The position numbers and the translations under genes are program-made. Below, piece by piece: positions 27,977 to 38,767 of a stretch of DNA of 64,000 nucleotides. Position 1 is the stretch's first letter, and the number at the start of each line of letters is the position of its first letter. Source of the DNA: Candidatus Latescibacterota bacterium (GTDB lineage: Bacteria > Latescibacterota > UBA2968 > UBA8231); NCBI GenBank assembly GCA_965243025.1, contig CBDETY010000003.1, positions 5,248,001-5,312,000 of the forward strand. Direction: 5' to 3'. The notes beneath the pieces were generated by a model. It ran no database searches. It had not been told where the DNA came from and worked only from the letters and a program-made list of their open reading frames with translations.

Positions 27977-29968
27977 TCAGGGGCGCCAGCGCACCGCGAT
28001 CATCCTCGGCATGTGCTCGAACCCCTCGGAGGTGGGCGGGCCTTCGCTGCCCCAGTTCGACTCGGAGCGCTCCCCGACGACGGTGAGGATCATCCCCGGC
28101 TCGCCGTCGCCCAGGTGGGGGGGCAGCACGCAGCTGGTCGCGTACCCCGGGTAGGCCTTGGCGGCGTTCATGTAGTAGATCTCCTCCCCCCAGGTCCTGC
28201 CGCCGTCGCTGCTGACGCGGGCGCGCTCGCCGCCGCGCAGGGTGGGCACGCGGTGGGTGTTGAAGAGCACGAGGCGGCCGTCCGGCAGCTCGATGACGTG
28301 CCCGCGGATCTGGTCGAGCAGGAAGGTGCCGGGGCGGGGCCGGATCCAGGTGTCGCCGCGGTCCTCCGACTCGACGATGGTCGTGCGCTTGACGTAGGAG
28401 CTGAGGGTGGCGGCCCCGAGGGCGCGCTGCCACAGCTGCCACGGCTTCTCGTTGTCGAACACCCGCTCCCAGCCGTCGGCCGGCGCCGAGGGGTTGTTGC
28501 GGCAGACGGCGATCAGCCGCCCGTCGGAGAGCTCGGAGATCGCCGGCTCCCCTCCGTGGGTCATCGGAACCCCCCGGTTCCAGGTGCGGCCCCCGTCCTC
28601 GGAGCGGTAGCAGTGGACGACGCTGTGCGGGGTGATGGTGTCGGCCGGCCGGCCGATCGGCCAGACGAGGCCGCCGTCCCTCAGTTCGGTGACCGGGCCG
28701 ATCTGCAGGCCCCGGGTTCCCAGCGGCATCTCCACCGCGCCGACAGCCTCCCAGCTCTGCCCGTCGTCGCCGGAGCGGGAGACGACGAGGCGCGACGGCT
28801 CGGACTCGGAGTTGAGGAACGTGCCGTCCCTGAGGACGGTGTCGACCGGCCGGGTAACCTCGAGGGAGCTCCATGAGCGGCCCCCGTCGGCGGTCAGCAT
28901 CACCGTTTCGTCGTCGCTGGTCATCACGTGTACGACGCCGCCGCCGGTGACGGTGATGTTGTTCCTGCACTCGGAGTACCAGTTGACCTCGTTCTGCCAG
29001 GGCAGCCAGGCGCGGCCGGCAGGCAGCTGCTCGACCTCGCCCCGGCGCGAGCGCAGCACCCCCTGGAAGTCGTCGGGAATGACCGGGTGGACGACGAAGA
29101 GGTACTCGTCGATGCCGACCGGGGTTCCGTCGGCGGCGGCGACGCGGGCGACGAACTCCCCGACCAGGGGAAAGTCGATGTCCAGCGCGGCCTCGTGGCG
29201 CCCGGCCGGGACCGGGCCCTCGACGAGGTGGGTGAGCACCTCCTCGCCGCCGAGCAGGTCGAAGAACTGCACCTTCAGGGGGAAGTCGAGGGGTCCCCCG
29301 CCGCTGTTGAAGGTGGTGAGGTAGAACCGCTTCAGCGGCTCGTCCTGGAGGTGGATGAGTGCCCGCGGCTGGCGTCCCTCGATCTTCGCCTCCACCGGGT
29401 AGCGGGTCCGGTAGGCGGTGGCGGCCGGCCCTTCCTCGAGCTGCACCGCGTCGACCTGGACGGTGCACGGCCTGTCGGCGCGGGCGGCGAGGTCGACGAC
29501 GGCGCGGGTCTCGAGGTCCTGCGGTATGAAGACCATCGAGTGCCGCTGCCATTCGCCGGTCAGAGGCAGCGACCAGCCGAGCATGTCGGGGGTGCCCTCG
29601 AAGTCGAGCGGCCGGGTCCAGACGCCGGGGTTGAGGCGGGCCGACGGCTCGCCGCTGCGGGCGTAGACCGACAGGGTGTGGACCTGGCAGGGGACCACCT
29701 CGACGACCGGGGAGGTCAGGTGCCCCTCGGCTCCGCCGGATACCGCCTCCAGCTCGATCGCGCCGACCCGGGTGCCGTCGACGGCGTCCTCCACGGGAGC
29801 GCTTTCGGGGGGCGTCTCCGGCACCTGCCCGAGCGCCGTGGCCTTCAGGCTCAGGCGGTTCTGCAGATCCCCCCAGTTGGTCTGCACCTTCCTCTCGGCC
29901 CGGAGGGTGCGGATCTGCTGGCTGAAGTCGAGCTCGAAGCTGCTGTTCGGCAGCAGGTTGGCTGGCAT
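27977..29968 (-). CDS. BNR/Asp-box sialidase-family protein with an N-terminal CBM-like domain
   Basis: Repeated S.D.G.TW Asp boxes; 'NLLPNSSFE...DAVQLEEG' carbohydrate-binding-like N-terminus. Confidence 0.8.
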   Translation of the reverse strand: MPANLLPNSSFELDFSQQIRTLRAERKVQTNWGDLQNRLSLKATALGQVPETPPESAPVEDAVDGTRVGAIELEAVSGGAEGHLTSPVVEVVPCQVHTLSVYARSGEPSARLNPGVWTRPLDFEGTPDMLGWSLPLTGEWQRHSMVFIPQDLETRAVVDLAARADRPCTVQVDAVQLEEGPAATAYRTRYPVEAKIEGRQPRALIHLQDEPLKRFYLTTFNSGGGPLDFPLKVQFFDLLGGEEVLTHLVEGPVPAGRHEAALDIDFPLVGEFVARVAAADGTPVGIDEYLFVVHPVIPDDFQGVLRSRRGEVEQLPAGRAWLPWQNEVNWYSECRNNITVTGGGVVHVMTSDDETVMLTADGGRSWSSLEVTRPVDTVLRDGTFLNSESEPSRLVVSRSGDDGQSWEAVGAVEMPLGTRGLQIGPVTELRDGGLVWPIGRPADTITPHSVVHCYRSEDGGRTWNRGVPMTHGGEPAISELSDGRLIAVCRNNPSAPADGWERVFDNEKPWQLWQRALGAATLSSYVKRTTIVESEDRGDTWIRPRPGTFLLDQIRGHVIELPDGRLVLFNTHRVPTLRGGERARVSSDGGRTWGEEIYYMNAAKAYPGYATSCVLPPHLGDGEPGMILTVVGERSESNWGSEGPPTSEGFEHMPRMIAVRWRP

Positions 29969-30127
29969 CGTCGGTCTCCGGAAGTGTCGGGGTTGGAAAC
30001 GGGCCGCGGCAGCGAACTGGGGCAGCGGGACGGTCGGAGGAGGGCGCGCCGGAAGCTGCTGTTTTTCAGGCCCGGAAGGTCTGCAACTTCGGGCTCGGGC
30101 CGGGAACAGCGCAGGCCGGGTATCTGC

Positions 30128-30157
30128 TTGACCCTTTTTCGAGGGGAGGCGTATTAT
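30128..30157 (+). promoter_or_regulatory. Sigma70-type promoter for the 30240-35277 operon
   Basis: TTGACC-N18-TATTAT. Confidence 0.6.
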
Positions 30158-30239
30158 CAGCCCGCTTCACCGGGTCGCCCGCCGCCCCACCCGGTTCGAC
30201 GGGCAAAAGTTCGTCCCACAGAACAGGAAGGCAAGCCGA

Positions 30240-31448
30240 ATGGCAAAGCAGTTCAAGGTCCGCGCGGTGCGCTGCGACCACCGCGCTTCCGACGAGGAGG
30301 TCTACCAGGCGCTCGCGCGGGCCACCGCTCCGCTGGCGCGGTCCTGGGAAAAGCTGGAGAAGGCGGGGCGGATCGCCCTCAAGTTCAACATGATGCACAC
30401 CAACGTCGAACGCTTCGAGGGGCGCCGCCGGGAGCTGGTCGACGACGCCGTCGCCCGCGCCGTGCTCAGGCTGCTGCGCGAGCGCACCTCCGCCGACCTG
30501 GTCGCCAGCGACACGCACGGGTACGATGCCGAGGGCAAGCGGACCGACGGCCTCAACTACCTGGAGCTGCTGCAGGAGTTCGGCGTCGAGTACGACGAGT
30601 CGACCCTGGCCCCGTTCGCCGAGTACGATGTCCCCGGGGGCGGCTTCATGTTCGACCGCTACACCCTGAGCCGCTGCTGGCGGGACGCCGACGAGGTGAT
30701 CTCGGTCGCCAAGATGAAGAACCACGGGTTCATGGGGGTGACCCTGTGCATGAAGAACCTGTTCGGGATCACGCCGACCATTCCTCCCGAGGGCCGCGTG
30801 CGCACCTACTTCCACCACGCCATCCGGCTCTCCTACGTGCTCCCCGACCTGGCGCGCATCACCGATCCGGCGCTCAACATCATCGACGCCACCACCGGCC
30901 AGTGGGGGTGCGAGTGGGGGGGCGAGGGCCGCGTCGGCAACGCCCTGGTGGCCGGCGACCAGATCGTCGCCACCGACGCCGCCGGGGCCCACCTGATGGG
31001 GCACGACCCGCGGTCCGACTGGCCGACGCCGCCGTTCCGCCGCGACCGCAACCACCTGCTGGTGGCGGCGCAGGGCGGGTTCGGCACCGTCGACCTCGAC
31101 GCCATCGACTTCGAGAGCGAGGTGACCGCGCCGCTGAACGAGTTCGACTCCATCGAACAGGAACCCCCCGAGCGCATGGCCGCGGTGCGCAGCAGCGCCT
31201 GCGAGCAGGGCCTGTTCTACCGCGACCGCATGAAGGAGATGACCGGCCGCTACGCCGGGGAGTTCATCTATCTGCAGGACGGCGAGGTCAAGTGGAACGG
31301 GCCGGACCCCGCCCACATCGCCAGCCACCGCAGCTTCGCCGGCTCCAGCCCGGGCAGCGCCCTGTTTCTCAAGAAGGTCGATCCGGAAGAGGGCGAGGGA
31401 GAGCGGTTCGAGGTGTATGAAAACTGCCTGCGGCTGATGCGGGCCTGA
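30240..31448 (+). CDS. DUF362 domain protein
   Basis: 'ISVAKMKNH...VTLCMKNLFG', 'IIDA..G' and 'VATDA'. Confidence 0.8.
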   Translation: MAKQFKVRAVRCDHRASDEEVYQALARATAPLARSWEKLEKAGRIALKFNMMHTNVERFEGRRRELVDDAVARAVLRLLRERTSADLVASDTHGYDAEGKRTDGLNYLELLQEFGVEYDESTLAPFAEYDVPGGGFMFDRYTLSRCWRDADEVISVAKMKNHGFMGVTLCMKNLFGITPTIPPEGRVRTYFHHAIRLSYVLPDLARITDPALNIIDATTGQWGCEWGGEGRVGNALVAGDQIVATDAAGAHLMGHDPRSDWPTPPFRRDRNHLLVAAQGGFGTVDLDAIDFESEVTAPLNEFDSIEQEPPERMAAVRSSACEQGLFYRDRMKEMTGRYAGEFIYLQDGEVKWNGPDPAHIASHRSFAGSSPGSALFLKKVDPEEGEGERFEVYENCLRLMRA

Positions 31449-31467
31449 TCTGACAAGAGAGAAACGA

Positions 31468-32451
31468 ATGTATATCGGAACCCAGTTTAACTGCCGCCAC
31501 GATACCGACATCGAGGTCCTCGCCCAGCTCGGGGTCAGGAACGTCGACCAGACGCCGTCCGAACCCTGGGAGGAGTGGACGGTCGACACGCTGGTGCGGT
31601 TGCGCGACCGCTTCGACAGGTACGGAATCAACCTCGAGATGATCCACATCCCCCTCGGGTCGCGCAGCGCCTTCGAGAACGAGGCCGGGGCGATCTTCCT
31701 GCCGGCCAGCGACGAGCGCGAGCGCCAGCTCGACAGGATGTGCGATACCGTGCGCATGGCCTCGCAGGCCGGGATCCGCGGCCTCAACTACAACATCACC
31801 ATCCTCGGCCATCTGCGGACCGAGTCTCGCTACGGCCGCGGCGGGGCGCGGCTGTCGTCGTGGGAGTACGACAAGCTCGACCGGACGCTGCCGGAGTTCG
31901 AAGGGGGGCCCGCCGACGAGGACGAGATGTACGAGCGCGTCGAGTACTGGTTGAAGCGCATCATCCCGGTGGCCGAGGAGTACGAGGTGCAGATGGCCTG
32001 CCATCCCTCGGACCCCGGCATCGGCGTCGGCAACACCTACCGCGGGGTGGCGCGGGTGATGGGGATGGTCGACGGCCTGAAGAAGCTGACCCAGCTCTAC
32101 GACAGCCCCTGCAACGGCCTGAACTTCTGCCTCGGCTGCGTCGCCGAGAGCCTGGAGAACCCCGGCGAAGAGGTCTACGACGTCATCCGCTGGTTCGGCG
32201 AGCGCAGGAAGATCTTCAACCTCCACTTCCGCAACATCAAGGGCGGGCTCGGCGACTTCGTCGAGGTCTTCCCCGACGAAGGGGACGTCGACATGCTCAA
32301 GGCCCTGCGCACCTTCAAGGAGGTGGGGTACGAGTACATGATCATGCCCGACCACGTCCCCGGACTTTCGGGAGAAGAGCCGGCGCAGATCGGGTTCGCC
32401 TACACCTACGGATACATCCACGCGATGCTGCAGGCCGTGAACGAGAACTGA
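31468..32451 (+). CDS. uxuA: Mannonate dehydratase-like protein
   Basis: 'IIPVAEE..V.MACHP.DP', 'NGLNFC.G', 'HFRN' and 'MPDHVP'. Confidence 0.75.
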   Translation: MYIGTQFNCRHDTDIEVLAQLGVRNVDQTPSEPWEEWTVDTLVRLRDRFDRYGINLEMIHIPLGSRSAFENEAGAIFLPASDERERQLDRMCDTVRMASQAGIRGLNYNITILGHLRTESRYGRGGARLSSWEYDKLDRTLPEFEGGPADEDEMYERVEYWLKRIIPVAEEYEVQMACHPSDPGIGVGNTYRGVARVMGMVDGLKKLTQLYDSPCNGLNFCLGCVAESLENPGEEVYDVIRWFGERRKIFNLHFRNIKGGLGDFVEVFPDEGDVDMLKALRTFKEVGYEYMIMPDHVPGLSGEEPAQIGFAYTYGYIHAMLQAVNEN

Positions 32452-32487
32452 AAACAGGGACGGGCACCGCCGTCCGGGAGAGGAAAA

Positions 32488-33558
32488 ATGAAGCTCGGTA
32501 AATTCATGATGCCGCTGCACCCGCCGCAGAAGGACCGCACGGAGACCTTCGACGAGGACACCGAGTGCGTGCTGTGGGCGGAGGAGCTCGGATTCAGCGA
32601 GGCCTGGATCGGCCAGCACCACACCGCCATGTGGGAGCCGATCCCGGCCAACGACCTGTTCATCGCCCACGTGCTGCCCCAGACCAGCAGGATCCGCATG
32701 GGCACCGGGGTCACCATCATGACCCAGCACCACCCGGTCAACGTCGCCGTGCGCCTCGCCTACCTCGACCACCTGTCGCGGGGCCGCATCAACGTCGGCT
32801 TCGGGCAGGGGGGCGTGCCGACCGACTGGGGGCTGTTCGACCTGCCGGATCCGCGCACCCAGGGGCTGATGAACCTCGAGGCGATGGACATCGTCATGAA
32901 GCTCTGGACCGAGGAGGGACCCTTCGAGTTCAACGGGGACTTCTGGAAGGTCGTCCTGGGAGAGAAGGTCCCCGAGCTCGGCCTGGGCGAGGTGCTGCAG
33001 CCGTACCAGAAGCCGCATCCGCCGGTCGCCATGAGCATCGTCAAGGAGGAGTCGATGGCCGCCACCACCGGGGGCAAGCGCGGGTTCCTGCCGATCAGCA
33101 TCAACATGGCGCCGGCGCACAAGGTCACGCGGCAGTGGGAGATGTACTGCGAGGGCGCGGCGGAAGCGGGGCGTCCCGACCCGGACCGGGCCGACTGGCG
33201 GATCTCGCGCAGCATCTACGTCGGCGAGACCGATGCCGAGGCGCGCGAGCACGCCCTGAACGGAGCCTTCGGCGACTCGCTCGTGTACCTCTGCGGCATG
33301 CTGAGGATCGCCAACATGATGGACCTGCCGAAGAGCGACCCGTCCATGTCCGATGCCGACGTCACCCGCGAGTACATCGTCGACGAGGTCGGCATCGTCG
33401 GCAGTCCCGACACGGTGACGGCGCGCCTGCAGGAGCTGTACGACGTCACCGGCGGTTTCGGCACCGTGCTGATGATCGGCCACGACTGGGACGACAAGGA
33501 GAAGATGAAGCGGTCGATGGAGCTGATGGCGACGGAGGTCGTCCCGCGGCTTCCCTGA
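32488..33558 (+). CDS. LLM-class (luciferase-like) flavin-dependent oxidoreductase
   Basis: 'AEELGFSEAWIGQHH', 'LDHLSRGR' and 'PYQKPHPP'. Confidence 0.9.
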   Translation: MKLGKFMMPLHPPQKDRTETFDEDTECVLWAEELGFSEAWIGQHHTAMWEPIPANDLFIAHVLPQTSRIRMGTGVTIMTQHHPVNVAVRLAYLDHLSRGRINVGFGQGGVPTDWGLFDLPDPRTQGLMNLEAMDIVMKLWTEEGPFEFNGDFWKVVLGEKVPELGLGEVLQPYQKPHPPVAMSIVKEESMAATTGGKRGFLPISINMAPAHKVTRQWEMYCEGAAEAGRPDPDRADWRISRSIYVGETDAEAREHALNGAFGDSLVYLCGMLRIANMMDLPKSDPSMSDADVTREYIVDEVGIVGSPDTVTARLQELYDVTGGFGTVLMIGHDWDDKEKMKRSMELMATEVVPRLP

Positions 33559-33592
33559 GAGCGCCCGTGCCCGGGGCGCTTGGGCGACGGAA

Positions 33593-34357
33593 ATGGCAGC
33601 GATGAACCCGGAACTGCTCGAAGCCGCCGACCACCTGCAGACCTGGGGCTACTGCGTTCTGGAGGACCGCCTGCCCGGGGAACAGGCGCGCGCGATGGCG
33701 GCCCGTTTCCTCGAGCTGCACGACGACCCCCGCTACTCGGAGTACAACACCGACCAGAAGCCGTACCAGACCCTGTTCGGCATGCTCAACCACGACGACC
33801 GGGTCTGGGACTGCGCCTTCCACCCCGACACCGTCGCCGTTGTCCGCCACCTCCTCGGCGACCGCTTCCGCGTCGTCGAGGCCGCCAGCAAGCCGCTCTG
33901 GCCCGGCTTCAGGGGGCAGTGGCCGTTGCACGTCGACTCGGCCGGCGATTTCCTCAGGGTGCCGGACGTGCCCTGGATGATCAACTCGATCTGGATGCTG
34001 ACCGACTTCACCGCCGCCAACGGCGCCACCCGGGTGGTGCCGATGAGCCACCGCTCGCGGCTGAAGAGACCCCCCCCCGAACTCGAGCCCGACGACCCGG
34101 CGATCCGCGACGTCACCGGCCGCTCCGGCTCGGTGATGATGTGGCACGGCGGCCTGTTCCACGGCGCCGGCGCCAACACCGGCGGGGATATCCGCGTCGG
34201 CCTCAACGTCGCCTACTACCCCCGCTGGATGAACAACTGGGTCGAGTGGGGGCACCAGCCGCTCTGGGCGGAGACCTGGGGGCGCATGCCGGAGGAGCAC
34301 CGGGCCCTGTGCGTGGGCAAGTTCGGGCGGCGCCGGGAGGGCGCGTACGAGCTGTGA
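33593..34357 (+). CDS. PhyH family dioxygenase
   Basis: 'LHVD', 'LTDFTAANGATRVVP.SH' and 'FHGAGAN'. Confidence 0.9.
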   Translation: MAAMNPELLEAADHLQTWGYCVLEDRLPGEQARAMAARFLELHDDPRYSEYNTDQKPYQTLFGMLNHDDRVWDCAFHPDTVAVVRHLLGDRFRVVEAASKPLWPGFRGQWPLHVDSAGDFLRVPDVPWMINSIWMLTDFTAANGATRVVPMSHRSRLKRPPPELEPDDPAIRDVTGRSGSVMMWHGGLFHGAGANTGGDIRVGLNVAYYPRWMNNWVEWGHQPLWAETWGRMPEEHRALCVGKFGRRREGAYEL

Positions 34358-35277
34358 TCGTCGACGCCCACAACCACATCTTCCCCGAGGTCAACGGCCG
34401 TATCCGCGGCGGCGCCACGCGCGGCGCCGGCTACGGGAACATGACCGTTGGCGGGCGGCGGACGGTGCGCATGTTCCCCCCCTTCAACGAGCGCACCGAG
34501 TTCACCCCGGAGATGCTGATCGCCAACCTCGACTGGGCCGGCGTCGGCAAGGCGGTGCTGCAGCAGGGCACGATCTACGGCGAGTGCAACCAGTTCGTCC
34601 TCGACGCCGTGCGCCGCTACCCGGACCGCCTGCTCGGGGCCCTGCACGCCGATCCCTGGCGCCCGGAGTACCGGCCGGAATTCGACCGCATGCTGGCGAC
34701 GGGGGAGTTCTCGGCGGTCAAGATCGAGTTCTCGTACGAGGCCGGGCTGTCCGGCGTTCACCTGGGCGCCCGCCTCGACGACGACGGCATCTCCTGGCTG
34801 TGGACGGCGACCGAGAAGGCCGGGGTTCCCCTCGTACTCGACCTGGGCACGGCAGGCGACCCCTCGTACCAGACGGACGCGGTGCGCGGGATTGCGGAGA
34901 GCCGCCCCGGTCTCAGGATCGTCATCGCCCACCTCGGGCAGCCCCGCAAGCAGGCGGAGCAGGCCGACCCGGAGAAGTGGCGGATGTGGCAGGAGCAGAT
35001 CGCCCTCGGCAGGCTGCCGAACGTATGGTTCGACATGGCGTCGCTGCCCGACTGGGAGGAGGACTTCCCCTATCCGGCGGCGCGGCGGTTTCTCGAGCTG
35101 GCGGTCGAGGCCGTCGGGCCGGGCAAGATCATGTGGGGCACCGACCAGCCGGGAACCCTCAAGCACCAGAACTACCCGGCCTGGCTGCGGCTGGCGCAGC
35201 TGCACACCGAGTTCCTGTCGGCGGAGGAGCGGGCTCAGGTGCTGGGCGGCACCGCCCGGCAGGTGTACGGCGCCTGA
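34354..35277 (+). CDS. Amidohydrolase_2 family protein
   Basis: GTG start overlapping the previous TGA; 'DAHNH', 'IAHLG' and 'MWGTD.P'. Confidence 0.85.
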   Translation: MIVDAHNHIFPEVNGRIRGGATRGAGYGNMTVGGRRTVRMFPPFNERTEFTPEMLIANLDWAGVGKAVLQQGTIYGECNQFVLDAVRRYPDRLLGALHADPWRPEYRPEFDRMLATGEFSAVKIEFSYEAGLSGVHLGARLDDDGISWLWTATEKAGVPLVLDLGTAGDPSYQTDAVRGIAESRPGLRIVIAHLGQPRKQAEQADPEKWRMWQEQIALGRLPNVWFDMASLPDWEEDFPYPAARRFLELAVEAVGPGKIMWGTDQPGTLKHQNYPAWLRLAQLHTEFLSAEERAQVLGGTARQVYGA

Positions 35278-35412
35278 GGCGGGCTACCTCTACCGGCTGG
35301 TGACCTGCGAGGCGTTCAGATGCACAAGCTCACCCTGCTGCGGTAATCGGGTATCCCAGTCAGGTTCATCCTGTATTTTTTTGGGGCAAACCGATTCGGA
35401 ACGGAGATACCA

Positions 35413-35721
35413 ATGACGGAGATTCTGAAAAGCAGCCTTGACGCCGTGGCACAGGCCTGCATACGGCATGGCGCAACCAGGCTGGACGTTTTCGGATCGG
35501 CTTTGCGGGATGACTTCAAGCCAGGTCAGAGCGACGTGGATCTATTGGTCGAGCTTGGTCCGATGGAGCCGTATGCCCGGGTCGATGCCTACTTCGGACT
35601 GCTGGAAGACCTCAGGGAAATACTGGGAGAGCGTGTTGACCTGGTCGTTGCAGGAGCCGTGAAGAACCGCTATATCGCTCGCGACATAGAACAGACAAAG
35701 CAGTTGTTGTATGCCGCGTGA
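35413..35721 (+). CDS. MNT (minimal nucleotidyltransferase) antitoxin, MntA-like
   Basis: 'VFGSALRDDF...SDVDLLV' GSx10DxD motif. Confidence 0.9.
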   Translation: MTEILKSSLDAVAQACIRHGATRLDVFGSALRDDFKPGQSDVDLLVELGPMEPYARVDAYFGLLEDLREILGERVDLVVAGAVKNRYIARDIEQTKQLLYAA

Positions 35722-36097
35722 CGAAAGGGCATACCTGTCTGACGAAATTGAAGCGTGCGACGCGATATCCGACGCAGTCCGGGGCCTTGATTTCCGCGGC
35801 TACGAAGGCAACCGGCTCGTCCGGTCATCAGTAGAGCGTGAGTTCATCATCATCGGGGAAGCTCTCCTGGCCCTTGGTCGCATGTCGGAGGAGATGTTCG
35901 GCGGCATCACAAAGGCTCGCCGAATCGTGGACTTCCGCAATCGGCTGACTCATCAGTATCCAACCGTGGACGATGCTATCGTGTGGGCGATCATCGAGCG
36001 GGATGTTCCGGTGCTGAGACGGGAATGTGCGGGTCATATTCAAAGCATTGGTTCCCCCGATGATTTGGGAACAGGGAACGACAGCGTCGGTAGCTAA
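35711..36097 (+). CDS. HEPN (DUF86) RNase toxin, HepT-like
   Basis: 'FRNRLTHQY' RxxxxH motif; overlaps the MNT gene. Confidence 0.9.
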   Translation: MPRDERAYLSDEIEACDAISDAVRGLDFRGYEGNRLVRSSVEREFIIIGEALLALGRMSEEMFGGITKARRIVDFRNRLTHQYPTVDDAIVWAIIERDVPVLRRECAGHIQSIGSPDDLGTGNDSVGS

Positions 36098-36119
36098 CCG
36101 CGAAGCAGATGGTTGAAGC

Positions 36120-36860
36120 CTACCGGCGCGGCACCCAGGCGGCGAAGTACTCAGGCGCCCACTTGCGGGCGAGGAAATACGAGCGCGTCTCCTCCTGCCC
36201 GCGAGGCGGCTGCACTTCGGCGTCGATCCAGGCCTCGGCCCCGGCGAGCCCGGGGAACTCCGCGATCCTGACCAGGTTCCAGTCCCGCTGGGGGGCGATC
36301 AGTTCGAACGCCTCGCAGCGCATCAGCCCGAAGTCGCGGGCGACCGATTTCATCCGGGCTTCCCTTTCTTCACCGCCCCCCGTCCCGGCCGCGGCCCCGT
36401 CCGGCTCCGGCGGCCGGCGCCAGAAGGACAGGACCACCACCGAATCGCCGGAGACCGACAGCGGGGGAACCACCCGGGGATCGGCATCGGCGGGAACCGC
36501 GACCGGGGGCTGCGGATTCGTCACCCATGCGTCGAGCTGCTCCTTGCGCCAGCGCGTCGCAAGGAAGTACTCGTAGAAACCGTAGCGTCCGTACGGCGGC
36601 GCCATCTCGTCCTCAATCCAGGCCCGCGCCCCGGCAAAGGTCGGAAACTCGATGGTCCAGAAGCGCTGCCAGTTCTGCTGCGGTGCGACCAGGCGGAAGC
36701 CCTCCAGGACGATCATCCGGTGGCGGGCGGCCACTTCGAGCATGAGGTCGACGTGAATCTGCTGATACTCCTCCCGCTGTCGGTCGGTGAGGGCATCCCA
36801 TGAAGGAAGGCGCCCGCCCTTGAAGAGGACGACGACGCTGTCCGAGCCCGTTTCTGCCAT
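36120..36860 (-). CDS. Hypothetical protein with two tandem copies of a ~115-aa domain
   Basis: Duplicated 'DSVVVL...F.L.APQ..W.....EFP..AGA.AWI..E..PP.G......YFLA..W'. Confidence 0.7.
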   Translation of the reverse strand: MAETGSDSVVVLFKGGRLPSWDALTDRQREEYQQIHVDLMLEVAARHRMIVLEGFRLVAPQQNWQRFWTIEFPTFAGARAWIEDEMAPPYGRYGFYEYFLATRWRKEQLDAWVTNPQPPVAVPADADPRVVPPLSVSGDSVVVLSFWRRPPEPDGAAAGTGGGEEREARMKSVARDFGLMRCEAFELIAPQRDWNLVRIAEFPGLAGAEAWIDAEVQPPRGQEETRSYFLARKWAPEYFAAWVPRR

Positions 36861-36982
36861 TGCCAGCCTCCTTTGATGGCTCCGGTTGCCCGCCTAAATT
36901 AGCCCGCAATCGGAGCGGCGTTTCGCGAGCCCGGGGGCCGCGGGTCGCACCGGCTCTTCAACAAACCAATGCAAGAGGTAAC

Positions 36983-37384
<402 letters not shown>

Positions 37385-37413
37385 AGGATGAATCACCGAA
37401 GAAAGGGGCGGAG

Positions 37414-38217
37414 ATGAGCGCGGTCAGCGCCGACGAGCGGTTCCTGTTCGACCTGCAGGGGTTTCTGCTGCTGCCGCAGGTGCTGTCTGCTTCCGAATGC
37501 GAGCGGTATCTCGACAGGCTCCGGGCGGCCGAGAGCAGGGAGTACGAGGACTCCTGGCAGGCCGGCCGCGAAGAGGGCCGCGAGGGACGGCCGACCAGGG
37601 AGCTGAAGCGGGCCAACCAGGTCAGGATGAACGGCCTCCTGCGCCTCGACCCGGTGTTCGACGAGCTGATCGACCACCCCCGGGTGCTCCCCTACCTCGA
37701 GGAGTTCGTCGGCCTGCCGCAGCTGATCAACACCTGGTCGATCTCCAAGTTCGAGGGAGCCGTCCACAGCGGCTGGCACCGGGGGGTGCCGGTCTCCGAC
37801 TACTCCTACTTCAACGGCGAGATCCGCTCCCGCATGTTCAACGTCGTCTGGTTCCTGACCGACAACGGCCCGGACGACGGCTGCATCGTCGCCCTGCCGG
37901 GGTCGCACAAGAGCAGCTTCGACCTTCCCTTCGGCGACTACGAGGGTCTCGAGCTTCCGGGGGCGCAGGCGCTCACCGGCAAGGCCGGGGACCTGCTGAT
38001 GTTCTCCGAGACGGTGGTCCACAACGGCCTGCTGAAGACGACCCCCGGGACCCGCTCCAACCTGTATTTCAACTACGTGCACGCCCACTACAACGTCATG
38101 ACGCGCGAGCCCATCAACTGCCACCACTTCTACCTGCCTGCCGGGATGCGCAAGAGGCTGACCCCGAAGCGGCTCGAGCTGACGAGCTGGATGGAGCTGG
38201 CGCGCTGGGAGTATTGA
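37414..38217 (+). CDS. PhyH family dioxygenase
   Basis: 'FLFDLQGF', 'WHRG', 'LPGSHKS' and 'AGD...FSETVVH'. Confidence 0.85.
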   Translation: MSAVSADERFLFDLQGFLLLPQVLSASECERYLDRLRAAESREYEDSWQAGREEGREGRPTRELKRANQVRMNGLLRLDPVFDELIDHPRVLPYLEEFVGLPQLINTWSISKFEGAVHSGWHRGVPVSDYSYFNGEIRSRMFNVVWFLTDNGPDDGCIVALPGSHKSSFDLPFGDYEGLELPGAQALTGKAGDLLMFSETVVHNGLLKTTPGTRSNLYFNYVHAHYNVMTREPINCHHFYLPAGMRKRLTPKRLELTSWMELARWEY

Positions 38218-38456
38218 GGGCCTTGCCCGGGGGATCGGCGGGCAGACGGGAAAATGCACGCGGAATCTCGGGAAGCTGGACGGCCGGGCGAGCCGGCTGA
38301 CAGCGGGCAACTCACCCGCGGGCCCGGGATTGGAGTCCCGGCCCCCGGGCAGCGGGATAGCCGGCCGAGCCGGCTGACTGCGGACTCCAAACTCACCGGA
38401 CCCGGCATGGCGCTCCGACCCCCAAACTGGGGGCTCAGGGAAGAGCCGCTTCACCG

Positions 38457-38700
38457 ATAAACGGCCGGCGGCCCAACGTCCTCTGGATCGGCACCGACGA
38501 GCAGCACCGGCAGTCGGCAGGGGCCTTCGGCTCCGTCAACTGCCCCACCCCCAACATCGACCGCCTGGCCTCGCAGGCCCTGGTTTTCGACCAGGCCTTC
38601 TGTCCGACGGCGGTCTGCGCCCCGGCGCGCGCTTCGATGCTGACCGGGAGGCTGCCGAGCGAAGGGAGCGTGATCTCCAACAACCACATGGATTTCGCCG
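38457..38700 (+). pseudogene. N-terminal fragment of a formylglycine-dependent sulfatase (no start codon, truncated)
   Basis: Manual translation from 38460 gives NGRRPNVLWIGTDEQHR...TPNIDRLASQALVFDQAFCPTAVCAPARASMLTGRLP, containing the CxPxR motif. Similarity is lost after about 80 codons. Absent from the ORF track. Confidence 0.8.
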
Positions 38701-38767
38701 CCGCATCAGGCCGCTGTTTCGAGATTATCCGGCGCTGTGGAGGATCAGCGGTTCCCGGGACGGTGCC

